Origin: a virus | IMG/VR virus record: IMGVR_UViG_3300046533_000687 | Location: 1-64,000 of that record | Reading direction: 5' to 3' (one strand) | Length of the DNA: 64,000 nt | Shown: in pieces, positions 8,279 through 15,735 of the stretch | Layout: each line of letters opens with the position of its first letter | Position numbering within the stretch: the first letter of the stretch is position 1 | The notes under the pieces: generated by a model | What the model was told of the DNA's origin: nothing | Database searches by the model: none | The model's input: only the letters and a program-made list of their open reading frames with translations | Translations under genes and position numbers: made by a program

Positions 8279-10899
8279 CCCCTCAACTCGCCGCCCAGCT
8301 GCTCCTCACCGCGCACCGCAACGTGCGGATGCGGCAGCTCGGCGATCTGCCAGGGCATGAGTTTCACGGGAATCAGTGGACGGCGAAGGTGGGTGATCTG
8401 AATGATTTCCCGCATCTAGCTGCCTTGCGAAAAATTGCTAATGACCCCCGCATTGCGGAGATCGAGGGTGGTGGGTTAGATAGTGGAAGAGTATTCTTGC
8501 ATGCTTCTTTAGGGTGGCTTTTCGGGGAGCAGCGTTCAAAGTCTGTCGGAAGCCGTGAAGAAATTAAACAGGCCATGAAGCTATTGCGTCATGAGGTGCC
8601 GAAGACGCTCGGAGATCTGCCCGGCCACGAGTTTCATGGGAATCAGTGGACAGCGTATCACGGAACGACAGCTGAGAACGCAGCGAAAATTTTGAAAGAA
8701 GGGCTCAAGCCAGACAAACAGGGGGACATCTGGACGACGACGGATCTAATTGAAGCGAGAACCTACGCGCGTGCCGCAGGTAATAATTCCGTGATCTTAA
8801 AGATCAATGTACCTGCGCATGATACGACGAAGTATGACGAACGTAAAGGTGGCAAAACGCTTCGCGTATATAAGGAACCACTCAAAGCTGAATACGTGTC
8901 GATGCATTCCGCGCATGTCAGCGGCGGGCCTTTTGGAGAATGGAAGACACTCTCCGCCATCCCCGTCTCCTCCCGCGACCTCACCCCGCTCCACAAGGCC
9001 GCCGACGCGCACTACGCGTCCATCATGCTCGCGGTGAGCGCGGCGTTCATGAGGGGGAAGAAGGCGCTGAGGGCGAGCTTGCGAGGAGCGGAGTTCAATC
9101 CTGATGAACCGCGTGATGAGAAGGGGCAATGGACGAGCGGCGGCGTTCAACCAGAAGAAAAGGCGATCGCTGAGCGTCTTGGGCTGCCGACGACCTATAG
9201 CGGTACGGACAGCATGACGTCTCTTAGCGGTCGTTTGAATCCGGAGTCAGCTCGTGCCTACTTTGCGGGTAAGGCAGTTGATAACCCGATTCCGAAGAAC
9301 AAGACGCTGACGATGGAGCAAGCTCAGAGGTTGCCCATCATGATGAGCGGCGAGACGAAAGAGGTTAGTATCGCGCCACTCAGGTCAACGCAAGACTACA
9401 TCCAACCGAGTGCTGTTGAAAAGTATAAGAACGGCGAAGGGATGACCTCGCGTCCTGTCGTCGCCACGATCCACGGCGAAGAAGTGCTGTTGAACGGCAA
9501 TCATAACGTGTTGGCGGCGCAACTACGAGGCCAGGACACGATCAAAGTTCAGCACCTTGGCGACTTCTCCAAGCATGCCGACTATATCAAGAAGGTCGAC
9601 GCGCAAGGCGGCGGATTTACGTCGTTATCTGCTTCTCCGAACATCTCCGCAGCGGTCTCCGCCATCCGCGCCTCGCTCGTCCACGACCTGCCGCCGGCGC
9701 TGGAGAAGGCGTATGTGGCGGGTGGGGGAACGGTTGGCGGGTTGAAGGCTGCCGGCGACGTCGAAGGGCATCCGTTTCATGGGAATCAGTGGACGGAAGG
9801 CGGCGGTACGACGCGCGAAGAGAAGATCGCTCGCATCAAGGAGATCAACACGCAGCTGAAGCCCATCCTCTCTTCAACTGGCGGCAACCTGACGGCAAAG
9901 CAGGCGCTGCAAGTAGAGAAGATGACTGGCGAGATTCAAGGGCACTCGTTTGACATTGCGAAGCCTATCACGCCTGAGAAGGTTGCCGAGAACATCGCAA
10001 AAGCTGGCGGCACAGCAGCGCAGAATACGATGAAGCCGGAGACGATCGCGGTGGCGCAGCACGACCTCCTGCAGAACAAGGACGTCTACTCGGCTATCAC
10101 GAAGTCTGCGACGGGTTCTTGGTTCAATCGCGATACACCCATCGACGACATCATGAACGGCAAGAACCCGAAGGTGAGCGCAGACCAGTTCCGTGCGACG
10201 TTCGAGAAGACGCGCGAGACGCTGCGAGCACAGTATGGCGACAAGGTGCCAGCATATCGGGCCACAACCAATCAGAGGTCCAAGGCGACGCAGAACTGGG
10301 CGACGACTCGAGAGTTTGCTGCCAACTTCGGCAAGAATATCGTGGAGCGTAGCATTCCGATCAGTTCTATCATCGGAGCGAACGTTGGCTTGCGTGGCAC
10401 ATATCACGAGTTGATCGTTGATGCGCGAGAGATTAGGGGCGCTGCTACTAAATTCAAGATGCAGTTCGACGCCAAGAACTCTAACGCCGCCACCTGGGCC
10501 CTGACGCACGCCACGCAGATCGCCGACGACATCAGCCAGACCTCGAAGGACAACATCGCGCTGGCCGTCGCGCGGGCGCAGGAAGAGGGCGACCTCGGCG
10601 AGCAGTACGACGAGATCCTGGACGCCGTGGGCGACGAGGCGCGGGCCTCCCTGATCGCGCGCACCGAGTCCATGACCGCCGTCAACGAGGGGCAGCGCGA
10701 TGCCTGGGACCAGGCGCTCGAGAAGGGCTTGCTGACGGAAGACAACCGCGTCGTCTGGATCGCCACGTCGGATGCCTGCCCGGAGTGCGAGGAGCTGGAC
10801 GGCGAGGAGCGGACGCTGGACGGCGAGTATCCTGGGGACGGTGGAGACGGTCCTCCTCTCCACCCAAATTGCAGGTGCACGGAAGGGATCATAGGATGA
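8275..10899 (+). CDS. MuF (SPP1 gp7-like) head morphogenesis protein with four inserted cargo domains
   Basis: C-terminal RA.LIARTE...A.NEG, W.AT...CPEC..LDG, PPLHPNCRC; internal ART-like and ParB-like inserts. Confidence 0.85.
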   Translation: MTPQLAAQLLLTAHRNVRMRQLGDLPGHEFHGNQWTAKVGDLNDFPHLAALRKIANDPRIAEIEGGGLDSGRVFLHASLGWLFGEQRSKSVGSREEIKQAMKLLRHEVPKTLGDLPGHEFHGNQWTAYHGTTAENAAKILKEGLKPDKQGDIWTTTDLIEARTYARAAGNNSVILKINVPAHDTTKYDERKGGKTLRVYKEPLKAEYVSMHSAHVSGGPFGEWKTLSAIPVSSRDLTPLHKAADAHYASIMLAVSAAFMRGKKALRASLRGAEFNPDEPRDEKGQWTSGGVQPEEKAIAERLGLPTTYSGTDSMTSLSGRLNPESARAYFAGKAVDNPIPKNKTLTMEQAQRLPIMMSGETKEVSIAPLRSTQDYIQPSAVEKYKNGEGMTSRPVVATIHGEEVLLNGNHNVLAAQLRGQDTIKVQHLGDFSKHADYIKKVDAQGGGFTSLSASPNISAAVSAIRASLVHDLPPALEKAYVAGGGTVGGLKAAGDVEGHPFHGNQWTEGGGTTREEKIARIKEINTQLKPILSSTGGNLTAKQALQVEKMTGEIQGHSFDIAKPITPEKVAENIAKAGGTAAQNTMKPETIAVAQHDLLQNKDVYSAITKSATGSWFNRDTPIDDIMNGKNPKVSADQFRATFEKTRETLRAQYGDKVPAYRATTNQRSKATQNWATTREFAANFGKNIVERSIPISSIIGANVGLRGTYHELIVDAREIRGAATKFKMQFDAKNSNAATWALTHATQIADDISQTSKDNIALAVARAQEEGDLGEQYDEILDAVGDEARASLIARTESMTAVNEGQRDAWDQALEKGLLTEDNRVVWIATSDACPECEELDGEERTLDGEYPGDGGDGPPLHPNCRCTEGIIG

Positions 10900-10929
10900 T
10901 AATGACCTTCACGAGCGGGGTGCTCAACG

Positions 10930-11280
10930 GTGCCACGGCCTCATGAACCTCACGAGTCGGACTACGTCGTACGGTACAGCGGTCCTGAACGTCGGAACGG
11001 CATTGGCAATGGCGACTGGACGTCGCTCAAGGCGTGGGCGAACGCGATCGGGATCATCGGCATCCCAGGCGCCATCGCTATCTATCTCGTCTACATCGGC
11101 GCGACGGAGATGCCAAAGTTGGTAGTCAACAGTTCACAGGCGATCGTCGAGATTCAGAAGACGCGCGACACGCTCCGTGACCATATCGTGCAGACGGATA
11201 TCCTCATTCGTGCCATCGAGCGGACGTGCGTTGGCGTCGCGAAGGACTCCGATGCTAGAGCGAGATGCCTTGATAAGTAG
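10930..11280 (+). CDS. membrane protein (holin-like)
   Basis: YSGPERR motif, one hydrophobic segment, coiled-coil tail. Confidence 0.5.
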   Translation: MPRPHEPHESDYVVRYSGPERRNGIGNGDWTSLKAWANAIGIIGIPGAIAIYLVYIGATEMPKLVVNSSQAIVEIQKTRDTLRDHIVQTDILIRAIERTCVGVAKDSDARARCLDK

Positions 11281-11626
11281 TACCTGGAAGGGGTGGATCT
11301 GGCGCGTCGGGGTGGCGCTGGTCCTGTGCTTGTGGGCCATCGTCGGGCTGGAGGCCGCGTTCAGCATCCGCGTCATCTACACGAACGCCGCGCAGATCGC
11401 GGAGGTCAACAGCGAGATCGTCGAGATGCAGAAGATTCATTCGTCAAAGATGACGGAGATGTCCTTGCGTCTCGACATGCTCGAGAAGGTCCTGTTCGGC
11501 GACGTGCTGGCGAAGATCGCCGCGCAGCCGAAGGGCATCGAGACGTGGCAGCAGAATCGTGACAAGGAGATGCGCGAGCGGATCAGCAAGCTGGAACTCT
11601 GGCGTCTGCATCAGGACGCGCGATGA
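11270..11626 (+). CDS. single-TM coiled-coil protein (start uncertain)
   Basis: Hydrophobic WRVGVALVLCLWAIVGL followed by heptad-rich region. Confidence 0.5.
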   Translation: MISSTWKGWIWRVGVALVLCLWAIVGLEAAFSIRVIYTNAAQIAEVNSEIVEMQKIHSSKMTEMSLRLDMLEKVLFGDVLAKIAAQPKGIETWQQNRDKEMRERISKLELWRLHQDAR

Positions 11627-11627
11627 C

Positions 11628-11813
11628 ATGTCTCTCGATCGCGGACAGGGCGACAAGAAAAAGTTTCCGGCCAAGGACCTTGAGCGGCTCTACAAGAAGG
11701 GTATCGAGCAGCAGAGGATTCGAGGCGATCAGTTGAACGCGATTATCGGCGGGAAGGTCTACGACCCGGACGCCTGGTACGACGTCACCGAGAAGGGTGT
11801 CGAGAAGTTGTGA
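11628..11813 (+). CDS. small hypothetical protein
   Basis: MSLDRGQGDKKK..., typical codon usage. Confidence 0.55.
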   Translation: MSLDRGQGDKKKFPAKDLERLYKKGIEQQRIRGDQLNAIIGGKVYDPDAWYDVTEKGVEKL

Positions 11814-11962
11814 CATGGGCATACCTGGCCGTGGCGTTCGTGGCAGGATATTGTGCAGGGCTGAGCAGGGCACGGCGGCTCATTCGTCAGTTGACAGAAG
11901 ACTTGAACCGTAGCGCAACGAACTTACAGGGCGCGGTTGACGCGCAGAAGGATACCAGATGA
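11810..11962 (+). CDS. small membrane protein (not in ORF track)
   Basis: GTG start, MTWAYLAVAFVAGYCAGL..., GTGA/ATGA overlaps with both neighbours. Confidence 0.55.
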   Translation: MTWAYLAVAFVAGYCAGLSRARRLIRQLTEDLNRSATNLQGAVDAQKDTR

Positions 11963-12180
11963 TTCTCGATGATCTCAAGGTGCAGGTGACGGCGACGACG
12001 GATGTGGAAGCCTCTGCCGTGGTGGCGCTCAACGGTGTAGCAGCTCGCATTCAAGCGGCCGTGGACGCGGCGATCGCGGGCGGCGCGACGGCGGAGCAAC
12101 TGGCTCCGGTGCAGGCCGAGGTCGACGCACTGAAGGCATCGTCAGACGCGCTGGCGGCTGCGGTCGTGGCGAATACGTAG
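11959..12180 (+). CDS. Ala-rich helical phage protein
   Basis: AGGA RBS, amphipathic helices ending AAVVANT. Confidence 0.7.
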   Translation: MILDDLKVQVTATTDVEASAVVALNGVAARIQAAVDAAIAGGATAEQLAPVQAEVDALKASSDALAAAVVANT

Positions 12181-12187
12181 ATGAGTC

Positions 12188-12373
12188 ATGGGCCGGAGGC
12201 AGCGCTATTCGACTCCGGATCAGGATGCCTTCATCTATACGCTGCAGGTAGAACTGGTGGCGCTTGAAGACGCTCTTACCATATTGGAGCGCAGAATCAT
12301 GCTACTACGAGACCGAGTGCAAGAGGAACTGGCCAAGAGGTGGGGCAAGGAATGCCCCGTGAAGAAGGCTTGA
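12188..12373 (+). CDS. small coiled-coil protein
   Basis: 61-aa ORF filling the operon gap. Confidence 0.45.
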   Translation: MGRRQRYSTPDQDAFIYTLQVELVALEDALTILERRIMLLRDRVQEELAKRWGKECPVKKA

Positions 12374-12374
12374 T

Positions 12375-14624
12375 ATGCCAAATCGTCCTGAGCATACCGA
12401 CAAGATGAAGGCCTGCGTGGCGAAGCTTCAGGACACGCATGATGATTCGTCTGCCTACGCCATCTGTACGGCGTCGTTGCAGAAGGCTGGCGAGCCGGTC
12501 TTCGTGGGGGCTACGGCCGGTGGTGCGGAGGAGATGAGGCTGCTGGGCGATGTTCCTGGACATGAGTTCCATGGGAATCAATACACTGGTGAAGGCGGGG
12601 CTGCAGCACGTCAAGAACGCATCAAAGAAATTGACAAGCAGATCACAAAGATAGCCGTGGGTCCCAATACGCCCCGCGCAATCAAAGAACGCATGCAGAA
12701 GATCGCCCCTTTGGTTCAAGAGCAAGAACTGCATAAAAATGTTCTTGACCCTACGCGGCCACAAGCCATCTTAGCTTCCTCAAAATTGACAAAGCGCTCG
12801 GATGGCGGATATGACGTACAGCATGAAGGCGCGAAGATTGGAGCGCTGGAGCCGGTAAGTTTCACTGGATTCAAGGCCGTTAACAGTGCGCAGCAGATGA
12901 CCAGCCGCGAGGGGTTCAAGGCGCTATACGGCGACAAGATCGTCAACTCGCAAGGTACTCGTAAGGAAGGGCACGAAGCGATCGCGAGAGCGCACTCAGA
13001 CGTATTGAGAACCCGACTTACTGGCGCTGAAGGTTATGTATTTGACGACGTCGACATAACTTCTCTGCGTACGCTCCACCTCGTCGGCGCCACAGGCGTC
13101 GTGCGCACCGAGATGTTTGAAGGACGCGAGCACCTCGTCGTCCCGCTCGTCGCGCTGATGGAGGGCGTCATCCACGCCATGAACGCCGAGACGCCGGAGT
13201 TCGTGCCGCTGGCCACGCTGCAGAAGGCGGCGGCAACGTGGAACGGCCGTCCTGTCACCATCGGCCACCCGTCGCGTGGCGGGGTTCAGTGCTCGGCCAA
13301 CGACCCCGGCATCCGTGAGTCGCATGGCATCGGCACGATCTTCAACTCGCGCGTCGTGGGCACGAAGCTGCTACAAGAGGCGTGGATCGACAAGGCGAAG
13401 GCGAAGAGGCTTGACCCGGCGATGCTCGCGCGCCTCGTGACAGGCGAACGCGAGGAGGTCAGCGTCGGGGCGTTCGTCATCACGGACGGCACGACGGGCA
13501 GCTACAGGGGCAAGCCGTATCGCGCGCAGTGGCTGGAGACGATCGGCGATCACCTCGCGTTCCTCCCCGGAGGGCGCGGCGCCTGCTCCGTGGAGATGGG
13601 ATGCGGGACGCACCGGGCCGCGATGCGGATGTTAGGAGGATCGATGGAACTGCTGGGATCGATGCCGGACAAGGCGCAGGTCGAGATCAACAAGCCTGGT
13701 CATCCTGCGCACGGCAAGAAGGGCAAGATCACGTCGTCGAAGGGCGACATGCATACTGTCGGCGATTATGGCACGTTCAAGCAGTCGGAGTTGAAGGCTG
13801 CAGCGGATGGCGAGGAGGCCGCCGAGCTTGTCGGCTACAACCTGCTGCGCACGCACCTCGACACGATGGGCAAGGCGTGGGACGAAGCCTCCGGCATCGT
13901 GAACGAGCTGATCGCCGACGAGACCGAGAACCCAACCGAGACGGCTGCGGAGGAAGATGCCGAAGAGGAGGTCGAGTCGGTACGGCTTGACTCTGTCATG
14001 TCTCTGATGTCTGTCATCATGGCGATCGCGTCGCAGGCCATGTCGTGCTGTGCGGTCATGAATGCGCCGGAGGCGACAGACGTCATGCCGCGCTACGGGG
14101 CGATGCCGATGATGCCCTGCCCGACATGCGACGGCACTGGTCAGGTGAAAGATGGCAAGCAGTCGGACTGCCCAACGTGCGACGGCACGGGCGAGGTCGC
14201 CAAGTTCAAGGCGGCAGCTGGTTCACGTCACAACAAGAACGACCAGCAGATGGTTCAGGCAATTCACGATCAAGCTCAGGCGCTGGGTGCGCAGTGCGAC
14301 CGGGCGAACTACAAGATGCTCCGCGACATCTCGCAGAAACAACGCGAAAGACTTCCGGATGCAGATTTCGCTGGCAAGGGCACGTCCTTTCCCATCAAGA
14401 AGCCGGAGGACGTGTCGGCGGCAGCGAGTTCAATCGGTCGGGCGGGCGCGGGCAACTATTCGACGGACGAGTTGAAGGCGAACATCATCAGGATTGCCTA
14501 CCGGAAGGGTGCATCGTTCGTCGCGCAGCTCCCGGAGGCATGGAAGAAGAAAGCGGATCACAAAGCAGCAGCAAACGATCCAAACCGATTCTACATCGAG
14601 TCGGTTCTCAAGGGTGTACGATGA
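12375..14624 (+). CDS. prohead protease (DUF2213-like) polyprotein
   Basis: WNGRPVTIGHP, EVSVG, DHLAFLPGGRGACS...GCG core; N-terminal GHEFHGNQ cargo; C-terminal CxxCxGxG x2 and other small domains. Confidence 0.8.
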   Translation: MPNRPEHTDKMKACVAKLQDTHDDSSAYAICTASLQKAGEPVFVGATAGGAEEMRLLGDVPGHEFHGNQYTGEGGAAARQERIKEIDKQITKIAVGPNTPRAIKERMQKIAPLVQEQELHKNVLDPTRPQAILASSKLTKRSDGGYDVQHEGAKIGALEPVSFTGFKAVNSAQQMTSREGFKALYGDKIVNSQGTRKEGHEAIARAHSDVLRTRLTGAEGYVFDDVDITSLRTLHLVGATGVVRTEMFEGREHLVVPLVALMEGVIHAMNAETPEFVPLATLQKAAATWNGRPVTIGHPSRGGVQCSANDPGIRESHGIGTIFNSRVVGTKLLQEAWIDKAKAKRLDPAMLARLVTGEREEVSVGAFVITDGTTGSYRGKPYRAQWLETIGDHLAFLPGGRGACSVEMGCGTHRAAMRMLGGSMELLGSMPDKAQVEINKPGHPAHGKKGKITSSKGDMHTVGDYGTFKQSELKAAADGEEAAELVGYNLLRTHLDTMGKAWDEASGIVNELIADETENPTETAAEEDAEEEVESVRLDSVMSLMSVIMAIASQAMSCCAVMNAPEATDVMPRYGAMPMMPCPTCDGTGQVKDGKQSDCPTCDGTGEVAKFKAAAGSRHNKNDQQMVQAIHDQAQALGAQCDRANYKMLRDISQKQRERLPDADFAGKGTSFPIKKPEDVSAAASSIGRAGAGNYSTDELKANIIRIAYRKGASFVAQLPEAWKKKADHKAAANDPNRFYIESVLKGVR

Positions 14625-14671
14625 GTTGCGGATGTCCGACGGCGACATGTCGCTGTCATACAGGAGAGGTT

Positions 14672-15226
14672 ATGGAGAATACGACACGCGAGGAATTGAT
14701 TGCAGCGCTCGTCACGGATCGGTACAGCGGGTACAAGGACGGCGACGAGACGATGCTCCAGACAGCATCGGACGCGCGTCTGGGCGAGTTCAGGGCGTCG
14801 GCGGAGGCCAACCGGACGGCGGTGAACCGCATCAGCTCGCTGGAGACAGAGCAGCGCAACCTGCAGGCTCGCTTGAAGGTTGCTGAGGATCGCGTCAAGG
14901 CGTCCGAGCAGCCCCTGACGGAGGCCGAGTTCCTGCAGCGCGCGCCGGAGTCGTTCAAGCGCGTGCTTGAGGGACACAAGGCCGAAGAGGACCAGACGCG
15001 CGACGCGCTCGTGTCGATGCTGAAGGATCTCGGCGCCAACAGCGAGGCCGAGCTGAAGACGAAGAGCATCGCCGAGCTGCAGACGCTAGCCAAGTACGCC
15101 CGCGTTCAGGTTCCTGATTTCAGCGGCAAGGGCGTGCCGGTCCTGCGCGACGCGGAACGCACGAGCTACGCGGCACCCGATCCTTACGCGGCCGGCCTCA
15201 AGTCGCTGCGCGAGCAGACTCACTAA
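14672..15226 (+). CDS. capsid scaffolding protein
   Basis: AGGAGAGG RBS, coiled-coil, DFSG...PDPY tail, between protease and cement/MCP. Confidence 0.65.
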   Translation: MENTTREELIAALVTDRYSGYKDGDETMLQTASDARLGEFRASAEANRTAVNRISSLETEQRNLQARLKVAEDRVKASEQPLTEAEFLQRAPESFKRVLEGHKAEEDQTRDALVSMLKDLGANSEAELKTKSIAELQTLAKYARVQVPDFSGKGVPVLRDAERTSYAAPDPYAAGLKSLREQTH

Positions 15227-15262
15227 GATTTCGGCGGCTGAAGTCGCCAAGGAGATAGAGAG

Positions 15263-15697
15263 ATGTCAATCACGAGAACGAATCCGAACACGATCTTTCT
15301 GGGAGGCTCGCGTACCGAGGTCGGCGACCTGGCCGCGGCAGCATCCATCACGCCCGGCATGCTTGTCGAGCGCGATGATGTCGGCAGCGTCATTCGCTGG
15401 AAGCTCGCCACGGCCGACATTGCGGGACCGCCCGCGGTGGCGACCGAGCAGGCGTCCGTCAACAAGGGTGTCGACGACGTCTACGCGACGGGTGACCTGA
15501 TGGAAGTCTCCATCGGGCACAAGGGCGCTGCGTTCTGGATGCTGATCGCATCAGGACAGAACATCGCGGCAGGCGACCTGCTCGGCTCTGCTGGTAATGG
15601 CACGCTGAAGTCAGGTGCGACCGTCGCGCGCTTCTCGGCACTCGAAACCAAGGCCACCGTCACCGTGACGACGCGCATCCGCGTCGAGGCACTGTAG
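15263..15697 (+). CDS. capsid cement/decoration protein
   Basis: AAASITPGMLVE...GQNIAAGDLL.SAGNGTL; directly before MCP. Confidence 0.7.
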   Translation: MSITRTNPNTIFLGGSRTEVGDLAAAASITPGMLVERDDVGSVIRWKLATADIAGPPAVATEQASVNKGVDDVYATGDLMEVSIGHKGAAFWMLIASGQNIAAGDLLGSAGNGTLKSGATVARFSALETKATVTVTTRIRVEAL

Positions 15698-15735
15698 TCA
15701 GCTTAGGGCTCCAGAGCCCGACAAGGAGAGATGAG

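Larger units (their letters stand above)
7925..12587 (+). repeat. dispersed coding repeat GD(V/L)xGHxFHGNQ(W/Y)T, 5 copies
   Basis: Copies at 7925, 8341, 8611, 9754, 12546, in three different genes. Confidence 0.95.

Noticed and set aside
7925-12587. Inteins or introns as explanation for the head-gene inserts
   Set aside because: No Cys/Ser...His-Asn intein termini or Hint motifs; frames stay open with no intron-like non-coding segments.
14045-14671. N-terminal extension of the scaffold ORF as given in the ORF track
   Set aside because: Overlaps the protease in another frame; a strong RBS supports a start at 14672.
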